From: Podarcis muralis
Lineage: Eukaryota
Length of the DNA stretch: 64,000 bases
Assembly: GCF_964188315.1 (NCBI RefSeq)
Contig: NC_135656.1
Location: 76,818,001-76,882,000 of the forward strand
Direction of reading: 5' to 3'
How positions within the stretch are numbered: the first letter of the stretch is position 1; each line of letters begins with the position of its first letter. The position numbers and the translations under genes were made by a program. The notes under the pieces were generated by a model. It saw nothing but the letters and a program-made list of their open reading frames with translations. It searched no databases and was not told where the DNA came from. Below, one piece after another: positions 24,562 to 37,800 of the stretch.

Positions 24562-25132
24562 TGTCATGGACTGGCTGGATGCAGAAGAGGGGTGGGAGAC
24601 ACCAGTTGGGAAGCCCCCAGGGGAAGAAGGCTCAGAGCTAGGGGACTGGTGGTGGGATGACGATGAGTGGTCAGATGGAGAAGAGATAGCAGACTGGGGG
24701 GAGGAGGTGTCAGAAGCTGAAGAAGTAACAGGGTTTAGCCTGGGGCAGAATCAGAGGCAGAAGTGGAGGCTGGAGGCAGCAGGCAGAGTTGAGAGTCAGG
24801 CTGGTGAAGAAGCCAGGAGGTCTCTCTCTCTCTCTCCTGCAGTGATCAGCTGTCCTCCTCCGTGGTCTCCCAGAACCCACAGAAGTATGAAGAGGGCTGA
24901 GCAGAGACAGACAAGGTGCTGGAGTCTTAGATTGCTTAGGAAGGACCTAGAGGAGCCTTAGAGAATGATGGGAAGGCAGGGCCCTTCAGTCCTCACAACT
25001 GCCTCATTGGGGCAGGATCTACAGGGAAGAGTTGCTGTGCTCATTGAGCTGTTTTGTTTCTTTGAAGAAAGTGTTAGCTTCACTGACACATTGTGAGTTG
25101 TTGCTGACCTGCTCCCAGCAGCCGCCCTGACA
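24562..25132 (+). mobile_element. Solo LTR-like element containing an acidic ORF
   Basis: TGTCA...TGACA termini. The 5' end TGTCATGGACTGG resembles TGTGATGGCCTGG of the 59441-60015 LTR and the length is similar (~570 bp). No TSD found. Confidence 0.7.
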
Positions 25133-25940
25133 TTTACTTGCACTGAGCAGGATCTTGGGCCCGATGGTCTACAACGTGCCCTCCAACCCTATGCTTCGGA
25201 TGTGTATCCCATCGCATTTGGTCTGTTTCCTGATAAATCAAGTCCATAGAATTAATGCCATGAGTAATTACTTCAGTCAAAACCTACTGCTTTGGGCTTA
25301 TGAAATTTATGCAGCTGACCTGGCAACCTTGTAACCTTGTAAAAACTCTATTCCTCTGGCCTCTCATCTCCCCCCCCCCCCCCCGCCACCGTTCCTAGGT
25401 TGAAACAGCGTTGATTGCAAAATTAGACTCCTTGACATAAAGAAAGGACTTGATGAGCGAGGCTTTTAGCATTTTTGTTAAAAAGATATTTTCTGACTGG
25501 ACAGTAATGATGGCAGCATCATCATCTGTGCCATCAGCAGCTGCACACATTTCCAGTTTGCTAGTGGAAGGAAACTAGAAATGTATGCAGAAAGAATGGT
25601 TTGGCTTGTCACACACAAAGCTTGTTGGATGTCACTTAGGGTCATCCCCCTTCCCAGTCTGTAAAGCAGGGGTAGCCATTGGACTCCATAGCCATTCATT
25701 CCTGATGGCTAGGACTGATGGGAGTTGGAGTCCAGCAATATCTAGAGGGCACTGAGCTATAAAGGGCCATGAGTTCAGCCAAGGGCAGTTGTTTTGAAGG
25801 CAATAAGGACATTTACGAGTGAAGATTATGGATTTTATTGATTATACAGTAAGTCTTGAGCATAAAAATGTGGGATGTGTTACAACAGTACAGTCAATTA
25901 CAACATGCTTTGCTTCCTAGAGTGGACAGAGAGGTGGGGT

Positions 25941-26280
25941 ATGTAACTTCCTGTTCCTCTTGTAAATGACTCAGGAGATTAGTTTGACTCTATAAAAAGC
26001 AGAGTCACACCGCCATTTTGTCTTCTGTTCAATTTCAGCTCTGTTCAATTCAGTTAAGTTAAGTCTCTGCCTCTCAGCCAGCAGCATTTAGGCCCATCCT
26101 CAAATAGGATGTGAGCCACTTTATATGTTTGTAACCTGAAGCTTAAAGCCTGCCTTCTAGGATGTGTACTGTGAACAACTCGTGAATAAACTTATTAAAG
26201 ACAGACTCGTGAGTCTTTATTGTATTTTAAGAGGGAGAAAAGGGGACACCAGGAGTAATTCATCTGGGCAAACCAGATTG
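25941..26280 (+). mobile_element. LTR-like relic
   Basis: TGACTCA, TATAAAAA, AATAAA and a CA end. Boundaries uncertain, no TSD. Confidence 0.45.
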
Positions 26281-27295
26281 GATTAGTCATCTTGTAAAGA
26301 TTCAAACAAAACTAATCGACTAGCTTCCGTGCATATAGAGGGGATTTGCTCTGCTATATCTCTCATTAGAGTGAGTGAAGGAAGGATAATACTTAACAAA
26401 CATTTCCTTGCCTATTATCCTAAACAACCCCCCAAAAACACATGCATAATCTACACAAAGTATAAGACAAGGTGCAAAGCACTATTATAACTAAACCCTC
26501 CCTAAAGTACTCTGGCTCATGCTTCTTCAGCTGTCAGAGAACCCCATAGAAATGACAGCAGACTAAAGCCTCTGGCCTGGAGCTGTTGCAAAGCACCACT
26601 CTGGATCTCTGGTCTTATCCTGAGTTTTTGAACAAGGCTCCTGTGGCATATATTTATACTGCTGTGTCTAGGAACATGGGAGACAACCACTGGCATCATC
26701 TCAGGTACATCAAAGGCTTGGCCAGCTACCCTCTTCTATTATTAGCAGGGGGATACAAATCACTGTACTTTCCATAGCTTTCATCCTGCAAACCCATGAA
26801 TCAATCGTACATCTTGGCAATCAGCCCTGATGAACCTCATGTACTGATAATCATCACTGCCTTATCTCCATAGTCTAAAAATAAGATCGCATTCCCTATG
26901 ACAAGTTGAATCTTCATCTACCACATAAAATTACCCCTTAAAGGATGCAGTCTAAAAGGTCAAAATATCACAATGGCTGATTCAAGCTTCCATACAGGCC
27001 ATAAATCAGGCATTAAGTATATACATTTGGATGCCACTTACACCCCCCAATGCAATACTTTCCCACATGTTTCCAGTACAACATGTCACCAGAATCAAAA
27101 TGTCAGCAGTCATGACCTAATTTAGGAAACACAATCTTTCTAAATTCTAGTACAGTTCTGCCTTTCAGGAATTCTCAAAGACAGAAAATGAAAATTGTAG
27201 ACGTTAACAATATAACAAGCCATAGAAACAGGTAAGGGTTCAGCATTCTCTCTAGTGACATTCTGTTGTTGTTGTTTAGTCGTTTAAACATTCTA

Positions 27296-27650
27296 GGTAA
27301 AGGTAAAGGGACCCCTGACCATTAGGTCCAGTCGTGACCGACTCTGGGGTTGTGGCGCTCATCTCGCTTTATTGGCCGAGGGAGCTGGCGTACAGCTTCC
27401 GGGTCATGTGGCCAGCATGACTAAGCCGCTTCTGGCGAACCAGAGCAGCGCACGGAAACGCCATTTACCTTCCCGCCGGAATGGTACCTATTTATCTACT
27501 TGCACTTTGACGTGCTTTCGAACTGCTAGGTGGGCAGGAGCCAGGACCGAGCAATGGGAGCTCACCCCGTTGCGGGGATTCGAACTGCCGACCTTCTGAT
27601 CAGCAAGTCCTAGGCTCTGTGGTTTAACCCACAGCGCCACCCACGTCCCT
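27296..27650 (-). mobile_element. Sauria SINE, full length
   Basis: Reverse complement of the same family. TSD TAAACATTCTA at 27285-27295 and 27651-27661. Confidence 0.92.
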
Positions 27651-28217
27651 TAAACATTCTACTAAGACATAAAACGACTTCACAGATGGCGAAACAGCAA
27701 GTATAGGGGATGTGCACTTCCTGTTCTCACTTTTTTCTTTAACATTCAAGAAGGGAGATCACACCTCACATCCAGATTAGTTGCACTTGCTTCCAAAACT
27801 GGGACAGCAGATGCACCTACTTGGAGGGACATAAAACGCACATTGTGTTCTTTGACATTCCAGAAGAAACATGAGAACAGGAAGGGCCACTCACACTTCA
27901 AGTTTCAATGGTACTCATGAAAATGTGTGGAAAATTCATTTGTGCCACTCAGTACTAATGAGGAAGATGTCATGGCTCTTCTGCTCTGTTGTTTGCTCCC
28001 AACGTGCTTCAGTAGAATGTGGATCTAGCTCTAGGTCCATCTTTTAAAAATAAATAAGAAATTTCATTTTATTTCATGACACTAGGCACACGGTGCATTG
28101 GATGACAACTTTAGCTTCCTTCAGGAGAAATAAACATAATAAGAAGTGTCAGGATTTTTTTGGCATTCTTGCTGAACACGAAAATGCCCACAGGGGAAGT
28201 TAACACATCTTATCTTA

Positions 28218-28416
28218 CAAGATGAACTGGAGCTTTTAATACAGGATGGTAAATATGAGCTGGTAGGCATTACTGAAACCTGGAGGGATAAGACTCATGG
28301 CTGGAATGTAGGAATTGAGGGGTATAACAAGTTCAAAAGGAATAGACCAAAGAGGAAGGGGGGGAGGAGGAGCATTCTATATAAAGGATGTGTACACTTG
28401 TGAAGAAATTCATGAA
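28218..28416 (+). mobile_element. CR1 ORF2 endonuclease fragment
   Basis: Translates QDELELLIQDGKYELVGITETWRDKTHGWNVGIEGYNKFKRNRPKRKGGGGAFYIKD. Confidence 0.85.
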
Positions 28417-29179
28417 AACTGTAGCTCCATTTTGTGTGCTGGTCCTTTAAGAGTTGTAAAGCTATAAGATTTGGGAGCAGAGATTACGTTCTTTAGCCAC
28501 TGCACTGAAACAAGAACATTAATGGAATGTGCCTTACTCTGCTATTCTGTGCTTCTTGGATTTCAGTTTAAAACATAAAGGATTATGGGTTGCAGCTATC
28601 TGACATTAAGGCTAAGAAAAAATATAGTCAGGGGTCAGGTTTAGATGAAAGCTAATGCAAATGAATGACCTTGCAGGCAGCCTTCTCTTAATCTCATTGT
28701 TCAGTGTCACAGCCCCATTTCCAATAATGGGAACTAGTTTAGGTTGCTTTAAAAGGCATTAGACCATTTCATGACAGAGGTCTATCAATGGCTGTGTCCA
28801 TGGCAGCTAAATGGAGCCAAATTTTCTGCACGTATCAGAAGCTGGAGGCAAGCAAGGGATGACTGTTGCCCTCATAATTTCTAATTGCCACTGTTGAAGG
28901 TGCTTAGCTGAATGTACCCATGGTCTGAATCAGCAAGGCAATTGTGATGTTATTAATATTTTGTAGTTAATCTTTTGAAGAGAACAACCCCTCCCCCACA
29001 CACATGCACAGGTTATCACTATCTGTTTCTACAGACTGAAATCTTCTTCACACAGATCTATGAAGGAATACACTTCATCCCAAATAAACTTCACCCCATG
29101 AAATGTTTCCACATAGATACACTCATGGATTTGTCTTGCAATGCAGCAGGAAAAGGAACCAAATTCAACACCCAGATAA

Positions 29180-29325
29180 CAGTCCAGAACATGCGCAACC
29201 TCTCCTGCCTCAGATGGTATGGAGAAGGAGATCTGTGCGTCAGCATATTGATGACTCTTTTTCTCAAAATTCCTAACGACCTCACTCAGTGGCTTCATAT
29301 AGATGTTAAATAGCACTGGGGGCAA
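29180..29325 (-). mobile_element. L2-type RT fragment
   Basis: PVLFNIYMKPLSEVVRNF...HQYADAQ matches the RT LFNIYMKPL...QYADD region. Confidence 0.75.
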
Positions 29326-30837
29326 GGTTGTACCTTGCGTGACACCATAGTGCCAATACCATCTACTTCCGCAGCTTCAGCTTGAAATCAGTATGTTGTC
29401 ATTTGAAAATGCCAGCAGAAATTCCCTACTGTTCTAATACAAGTGAGGAGAAACTTAGATGTTGCTAACCTACAACTCCCATCAGCCCCAGAAAGCATGG
29501 CTAATGGCTAAGGACAATGAGAGTTGTAGTTCAGCAACATCTGGAGAGCCAAAGGTTCCCCACAACTTTTCTAATGTTTGAAGAATGTGGCACTTGTAAT
29601 GTGCATATAATGACTAGGTGGGCATGCTCCGTTCTGTTTTCTGGTCTTTCATGCAGTACTGCCACCCTTTGAAAATAATCATTTGCATGCAAACTTGTTT
29701 CTTATCTGTCATTATTTAACACATAGTGGAATTTGCTCATCTCAGGCACTTGACCTTAAATGGAAACAACATCCTCAGCCTTATTGAGAATTCAAGAGCA
29801 GAGAACAGCATCCCTCTTATCAGTACCCTTGACAGATAAATTGTCTTGTTCATATTGTTCAGAGAGAGAAGCCAATGCTATATTTAGGCCTTGATTGTAT
29901 TATTCTGTTTCCTTCATTTTTCTTCCTTGCTTGCAAGGTCTCAAAGATTACTTCTTTCTGAGGCCTCTAGATATTTCTTTATGCCTTTTTATGATATCTA
30001 TTCCCCTTCCTTCTGTGTTTTTCCTTTCATTGCTCCTGATTTGTGGCTTTATTGTGTTGCCTGCTGCTGCTTATACTGTGTTCATTATGCCATCCAATTG
30101 TTTTATCTTTTTCATAGCAGTCTTGGAACATTTGTAAAAAGGTGGGACATAAATCCAAAAATAAATAAAGGCAAGTCCAGAGGTAACCACGCTGTGAGCA
30201 AAGAGGCAGGAGTGTGGAAAAGTGCCTTGCGAAACAAAAACAGTAAACTGCCCTGTAATTACTGCTGCCCGTTTATTATAATCTGTTCATTAGGAATGCC
30301 AGTCTTTGGCTCATCCCTGAGATCTGTAAAACACTACTGTAAAACAAGCGGGGCCTCAGCAAGTGGACGGGTTCTTGGGAAGAATTCTAAGTAATCTAAA
30401 ACCTTATAGCCAGTGCTATTCTTGTTTTGCACATCGTCCCAAGGAGAAGTATATAGAGGTTGGCAGCAGAACCAGCAGTCTTTGTGTTGGCTCTTTAAGG
30501 TAAGTGGATTAGAGAGCACACAGAGACAGGAAACCTGCTAGTTTGCATCTCCTTCAGCTGCCCTAAGCCAAGAGTACCTAATTAGCATGAACATCCTTTC
30601 ATGCCTTCTCTCGCAGCTCCCAACAAATAATCAGCATGAAGGAAAAAGCAAAAGACTAAAATGCTTTCAGCGGAAGGACAGAAAACAATTCCTTCTTTGA
30701 GTACTGCTGCAATATGGTCCTCTTTGCACGCCATCTGCGTGCAGAGAGGACCCCCAAGCACCCACCCTTTGGTGGGTCCACAATTGCCTCAAAGTAGACA
30801 AGGGGCCAGGAAACTGATAATCACTCTACACGGACAT

Positions 30838-30893
30838 CTCTTTCTTTCTTTCTCTCTTTCTTTCTCTCTTTCTTTCTCTCTTTCTCTCTTTCT
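30838..30893. repeat. TC-rich 12-mer (TTTCTTTCTCTC) tandem repeat
   Basis: Read directly from the sequence. Confidence 0.8.
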
Positions 30894-31684
30894 TCGAAAT
30901 GCAGCTCTGGGGAACTGTAAAAGCTGATTGGAGCAGTGGTGGGGAAAAGAGTACTTAATCTCCCCCTCTCCCGGGCATGTTCCCATTCAAAATTACACCC
31001 TACCCCACTGCTTTCTCCCTTCAGGAAAATATTACCTTACATTGTTCCTTCTGTGGGTGGAAAACTCAACTGCAGAGGCCATTTTGAGTGGAAAATATTA
31101 GAGTGAAAGCGTTAGAACTCCCACCCCCACTTACCACTGCCATAAAATTATTATTTTTTTAGTACAGCAAAAGAAAATCAACAATCTGTTGGAAAATTGT
31201 TCGTACAGAGCATCTCAGCTAGTCTGGACCCTGGAAGCTTTGGAAGTCTCCTGGTAGATTTTCATAGTATGGCATCTGTCAGGGAATGCTTCAAATGTCA
31301 TGTTATGTCCTGTCTTGTAGAGAAAAGGACAACATGCTTGACCACATGGTCTGTTAGGGCCTTTCCAGCTAGGGTCCCCCACCATTTTCCCTATTAGAAA
31401 AGGCTCTGTGCTTTTCAACAAGTGACACTTTCACCATTGCTGAGAATTGCAAAGGGAAGGGGGGCAGCTTTCATCTTAACAGGGCTAAAGTCCACATGAA
31501 CTACAGTGAGCGAAATAGCTCTCACTAGAAGCATAAATGTGGACTTCTTCATTAAAATAAAGGTCAGAAAGCTTGCTACTCCAATGCTAAGTTTTATTCC
31601 ATTGGGGTTTAGCATCTTCATAAGTTAAACAAATAGGGAAAGTGCAGATGGGTTAGACTCTTCATCTGTGTGGTTACTTAAGGA

Positions 31685-32217
31685 TAGGGTTGTCATACGT
31701 CCTGGATTTCCCAGACACGTGCATTTGGGGGGGGCAGCACCCCCATCCGGGCAGATTTTTGCATTTTGGATTAAATGTGTGTGGTTTGAAGGGGTATTTT
31801 ATATTTTTATGTTTTGGGGTTTTTTGTGAGGCATGCACAATACTCGGAAGGCACAGTGCCCTGGAACAGGAAGCAGGTATCAGGTGGCCTGGAGCAGCCT
31901 GTTGGGGGGGGTCACACTAGGCCTGGTGTTGTTCCTGGCCACCCCCAGGCCTTCCACAGCTTTCCTGGGGGCGCACTAGGCTCCGCCCCAGTCCCGGTGG
32001 CTGCCTGGCCTTGCATGACCTTCCTGGGGCTGCTCAGACTCCCATTGTGAGCAGGAGGCCAAAGACAGAAAAGGGAAGAGAGGGGAAAAGGGGGGAGCAG
32101 GAGGGCAAGGAAGGGGTTAGCGTCAGGGAGGGGGCAAGCAAGGGAGATGTGGGATGGGGGGTGTCCCAGTGGTGGTGGGGTGTCCGGGTTTTTGATCCCC
32201 GGAATGTGGCAACCCTA
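31685..32217. mobile_element. hAT-type MITE with TAGGGTTG termini
   Basis: TAGGGTTGTCA...TGGCAACCCTA, 8-bp TSD CTTAAGGA/CTTAAAGA. Confidence 0.8.
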
Positions 32218-32950
32218 CTTAAAGAGTAGTTAGAAAAGCAGATGTCTTGTGCAATAAGTCAAACCATCTTCTGATGTCATCTTAGCCTTGGACAGGATGG
32301 TGAATTTGAAGCTCATCTATGCTGGCCCTGAAGCAGCCTAGACTCCCAATAGATTGTGGGTAGAGGAGTGGGGAGCATATATTTGTCATTTGTTCAGATA
32401 TTAAAGTGTCCAAAGCCACAGCTACGCGATGTGACATATTCTATTTAGCATGACTTTATATATGCAAACTCATGCAAAGCCAGCCATGAAAGCAAGGCAT
32501 TTGAGAAAATTCAAATTGACAATTCAGAGGGCAGAAGAAATCCACCACTACTCTCCATACATTCCCATGCCTCTTTCTTTTGTTGTCTTGCAGGAAGGCA
32601 CAAATTTGATGTTATATGACCTAGTCAGAGCTGAGCAGGAAACGTGTTCGTTAACCCTTTCCCCTCTGCATACTTTCAGCTCAAAGTTAGACACCACTTT
32701 TTCATCCACTGTGATAAAGACATGGGGCACCTGGCAATAGGCTGGGTGTTTGCAGGCTGCTGCTCTTAGGTGAGGAGCCCAGATACCTGCATGGCAAGTG
32801 TCATCTGCTTCTCTCCTAGCTACTGAACTATGGCATTAGCCATGCTGTGGGTGCTTTTTTTGGCAGTGTGCCTCTACAGGGGAGATGAGGCAGAATGGAA
32901 TTTGTGTCTTCTATTCATGTTGAGGCATTATCAAAACCAACAATGAAATA

Positions 32951-33529
32951 CCATATTTTTCGTCCCATAGGATGCTCCGTCCCATAGGACGCACCTAGTT
33001 TTTTGGGGGGGAAATAAAGGAAAAAACTTTTTCCTTTATTTCCCCCCCAAAACCAGGTCGGGGAAACCAAACCAGGTCGGGGAACAGCGGTATGGCGGCG
33101 CTCCGCCTCCCCGCTGTCCCCCGAGCTTGTGGGGGTGGCGCTGGGGAGAAGCGCACTTCTCCCCAGCGCCAGCCTCCAAACCAGGTCGAGGAGCAGCGGG
33201 ATGGCGGCGCTGCACCTCCCTGCTGTCCCCCGAGCTTGTGGGGCTGGCCGATGTCTGCCTGAAGCACGGGGCGCTCTGCTTCAGTGCGCCCCGCACTCCG
33301 TGCAGCAGGCTGCTATCCGCAGCATAGGGAGCCCTGCGGGAACTCCCGCGGGCTCCCCAGGCTTGCTGAAAGCTTCCTGAAGCCTGGAGAGCGAGAGGGG
33401 TCGGTGCGCACCGACCCCTCTCGCTCTCCAAGCTTCAGAGAAAGCCTGTATTCGCCCCATAGGACGCACACAGATTTCCCCTTCATTTTTGGAGGGGGAA
33501 AAGTGCGTCCTATAGGGCGAAAAATACGG
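32951..33529. mobile_element. TcMar-Tc2-like MITE
   Basis: TIR CCATATTTTTCGTCCCATAGG...CCTATAGGGCGAAAAATACGG, TA TSD, GC-rich internal repeats. Confidence 0.85.
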
Positions 33530-33574
33530 TAGGTTGGTAGACACAGAGGCACTTTGTGAATTTTTGTGCTTCGG

Positions 33575-33692
33575 AGGCTTCACGTTGCTATCGCTGAAGC
33601 CAAGGAGCCTGCATTCTCTCCATAAGACGCACACACATTTCCCCTTAATTTTTGAAGGGGGGAAAGTGTGTCTTATAGAGCAAAAAATACGG
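33575..33692. mobile_element. Older Tc2-like right end
   Basis: CATAAGACGCACAC...GTCTTATAGAGCAAAAAATACGG+TA parallels 33455-33531. Confidence 0.7.
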
Positions 33693-33701
33693 TAAATACC
33701 A

Positions 33702-33975
33702 AACTTTTAGAAGACATCTGAAGGCAGCCCTGTTTAGGGAAGCTTTTAATGTTTGATAGGTTATTGTATTTTAGTGTTTTGTTGGAAGCCGCCCAGAGTG
33801 GCTGGGGAAATCCAGCCAGATGGGTGGGGTATAAATAATAAATTATTATTATATTATTATTATACAGGGCTGCCTTCAGATGTCTTCTAAAAGTTGTATG
33901 GGAGGGTGTTCCACAGGGAGGTTGCCACTACCAAGAAGGCCCTCTGTCTGGTTCCTTGTAACTCCTAAGATGGGA
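33702..33975. mobile_element. Two L2 3' ends arranged tail-to-tail
   Basis: Plus copy 33702-33850 with (TTA)n tail; minus copy from 33864; 32-bp perfect inverted identity. Confidence 0.65.
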
Positions 33976-34825
33976 GGATATAAACACCGACTTGCTTCTG
34001 TTTCTTCAGTTTTCAAAGTAAAGTTTTTAATGACTATACAAATGAGGAACAGTTGTTGTTTTTAAAAAAGAGAATCATATTCATTTCAAATGAACTAACA
34101 ATTATAATTCATTTTTAAAATTTATGTTTTCAGTGCACACTACATTAACCATATTTCTATAAAATTTACTGCACTATATTTTTAAAAGAAGAAGAGCTTA
34201 ATGAAAATGTAATCAAAAAGCCATTTACAGGGCACTTTGCTGCGCACGAGCATTTGTGTCTGTTTTCCCTCACATTTGTATTGTTTTTACTGGGATGTTG
34301 TTTGTTTTTCTACCATGCTCCTGGGGGGGGGGGGGATGTAACCAGAACAGCATACAAAATTATCATAATCAGCATAGAAAACAGCAGTAGGAGGAAATAC
34401 GGTATGTCAATATGTGGAACTGTCTATAATATAACAGGGTGTTACACATGAAAAGTCAATCAAAATAAAAGCCTGCCTTCAGTTTCTTACAAAAAAAAGC
34501 GTGACAGATTTTGAATGAGAGAGCAGATTTTAATTATTTGTAGCAATGGGTGTACCTGTCAATTTCAGTTTCTCATTTGTCCCAGTCTTAAATTCAGTTC
34601 CCCACACTTCCATATCAGCTTGCGAATTTCTCTTTTAAAAGTCCTCCTGAAATTTCATTAGCATTTTAGTGTGAATTTCTCCTAATACACATTTTTGTAG
34701 GCAATTGTGCCTCACAGACATCTATTTGCAAAGCAATTTTCCTTAACACGATGCATTTTTTAATTTTATATGCATTTTTCTGCTGCTGCATACTTTTTAT
34801 TATAGTATATGGATCTTTATACACA

Positions 34826-34897
34826 TTGTTGTTTAGTCGTGTCTGACTCTTCGTGACCCCATGGACCAGAGCACGCCAGGCACTCATGCCTTCCACT
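34826..34897 (-). mobile_element. Bov-B 3' tip
   Basis: TTGTTGTTTAGTCGTGTCTGACTCTTCGTGACCCCATGGACCAGAGCACGCCAGGCACT matches 42235-42300. Confidence 0.8.
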
Positions 34898-37800
34898 ATT
34901 ACCTGACAGAATAATTGCATTGCAGAATTCAGATCAGTGCCCCTTAGGATGGATGCCTATCTTCCAGTTTATGTATCATTTCAGAAAGCGTGTATTAGGT
35001 AGGCTCACCTTTAAATGTGGACTGAAGCTAATCTTCCCCGTCCCTCCCTAATTCTTTGTAAAACACACTGAGAACTTGTTAAAGGGCTGGCCTATTACTC
35101 CCTACAATAAAAATATTTGGCTCTGGAAAGAGGAAGGATAAGAGTAAGAGGTCATAGGGAAGAAATCAGAAAGAACAGAAGGCTAATCACTTTGTTCCTC
35201 CTCTCTCTGTGTGTGGCCTTGGCTCCTTTTTTTTAATGACACCATGGGGACATGAAGGTGTGTGTGAAAGAGGGTCTGTGAAGGGTGACTGAACTACACC
35301 ATTTAGTAGAAGATGCTGCTTTTTATCCTAGCAGCTACTGGAGCCACATTTAACCTACATCAAATGAGGAAACTCTTTGCATACTCACTAAGGAACAAAT
35401 ACCATTGAACCAAATGGGACTGACTTCAGCACCACTTTAGACTGCAGCTAGGGATTCCCACAATTGATTTTTTCAGAAAAATAAAGATTGGACAAAGAGG
35501 TTCTTGCCTCTCTTCTTTCCAACCCTGTGAACCCTCATTTTATCCTGATACATGTTTACCACTCAGTGAGAACTTAGGCATCAAACCACAGATTTTTGAC
35601 CACACTATTTATTTATGGGGTGGTGCACAACAACTGCTGTAAGCATCTCTGTCTTTCACATGGGTAATAGATTAATGCTGTACAACTTTATAAATGAAGG
35701 GGGGAAAAGGCTTGTGGGAGAATCAGATCATTAAACTCTTAATATTTAGCAGCAGGGAGCCTGTTACTGGAAAAACATTTCCTGCTGGTTATTCAGCTTG
35801 CAAAAATCTATAATTAGAAATGCTGCAAATTGAATTTATCATAATAATATTGCAGAAATACTTGCATTAATATACTGGATTAAAACCTAAGTGAAAACAT
35901 TTGTAATGGTCTTCTTCCCAAAGGGGTGTGTGAGTGCGGGTACGTGTTCAACTCCAGGTTGACAGATTGAAAACCTTGAAAAGTCTCCAGAACGGACACA
36001 AGATGACAGAATTTTGCCTGGCAAAATTCTCCCTATCACTACATGACTACTCCTGCTACTGTCACCATTTTTAAGGACTTTCCAGCCTGCCTTTAATAAG
36101 GCATGTATACCCCCCCCAAAGTATGTTACAACAAACCAATAAAGTACAACATTGAAATTTCATGTTTTAAAATAGCAGCAAAAAACAGTTAGCATTCAAA
36201 TAACAGGGACAGATAAAACAAATGTAAAAAATAATTTAGGGTTTTCCTAAATAAAGCCATATGAATTTTTTTGGGGGCGGGAAGGACAGAAGAAGTCTTG
36301 TCCCTCTTACTTCTCAACCTAACCTCTTTCATGTCTGGACCAGAGAGCAGAGCTTCAGATGCTCATCTTACAGATGAGGATATTGTGGGAGGTCTCAGTA
36401 GGTAGGACACACCTTAAAAAAAAGTGCTAATAATATCAATACTGTATAAAGATAGGTTTGTTAGATGGGAAATCTTTATCAGTTGATGATTGGTCAGCCA
36501 TGAGACCTCTGGGTATAGGGTGGTATATAAATTAAGTAAATTAAATAAATAAATCTGAATCACAGTTTATTCAGACGACACTCTAAAATGAACATTGGTT
36601 GGCCTCTGTTCTATGAAGAAACATGTTTGAGAGACTAGATTGCATCCCAGGTGGATATAAAATCCAAGGTAATTAAGCGGAACCCTCTAGCAATTCATTC
36701 CTGCAAAGAAGTGCCTATTAAAATATAAAAGTCTATTAAAATATAATAAATGGAACTGTCAGTAATTGATGGGACAGTTTCTGAAGGCACTGGTTACCCT
36801 GGTGTTCGACACTTGAGGTATATATTTTTAGGGCCCACCTTATTTCTGAGTTTGTAAGCTATTTAAAACTATTTTTAAAATTGTGTTTTAATAGCTGTAA
36901 CCCATGCTGGGGCCATTGGATGAAAGGTGGAATTACTACTACTACTACTACTACCACCAAAAGGAAATGCTCAGCATCGATGCAGGTAGGTAAAGGTGGA
37001 TTTAGTGAGTTTGTGCCACATACCTCTTCTGTCTTTTGATTAAAGCAATGCTCATTCCTTTATTTGCATTTGAATCCACAATCCAATGAATTCTGAGGCA
37101 AGGTCAACTCTTTCTTTAGTCAATGTAGCCACTGTTCCCTGGTTTGCATAGATGCAATCAGCAATGCTGATTTGGGTTGCACTTCACCTACACAGCAATT
37201 TAACTGGTGAGGGTGGGTGGAAAGGAAATTAAAGCTTGTTAGTACAATAGGGCAGTAGAAGGGTATAAAAGGGAGGGGAAGGGTGAAAGTAAAATAAACC
37301 ATTTAACTGAAAGCAAGTGAGATTTTTTTAAAAAGAAACCAACAGGGTTGTGTTGTTCTTGTAATCTGTATTTTAAAATCTTACTGAGCAAGCCTAAACA
37401 TGCTTATTCAGAAGTAGGGCCTATTGAGGAGGGTGAGTATGTTGGGTTTGAAGGGCTGCCCAGTCCTAGTCCAGTTTAAAGGTGAAGAACCGTAAGGAAG
37501 AAGAACAGGAACTTTGAACTTGCTCATCAACATTTAGTACCTGGACAGCTCAACTGGTCAGTCTTCTCCACTATAGTGAAAAGCATTTCTCTTTCTAAAT
37601 TTTACAGGTGGCATTTAGCTAATTTTTACTCAGAATAGACCTGTAGACATTAAGGGGCCCAACTCATATTCATTCATTTCAGTGGGTCTTTTCTGCATAA
37701 AACTTAGTTGAATACCACCCTACAACTATACATATAAATTAACATATGCAAATAATGTCCTCTCTTTTTGGCAATGGCCAGCCTACCAAAGAGTAACTCC

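Noticed and set aside
32995-33634. Cluster of overlapping GC-rich ORFs
   Set aside because: All lie within Tc2-like MITEs and show no transposase motifs.
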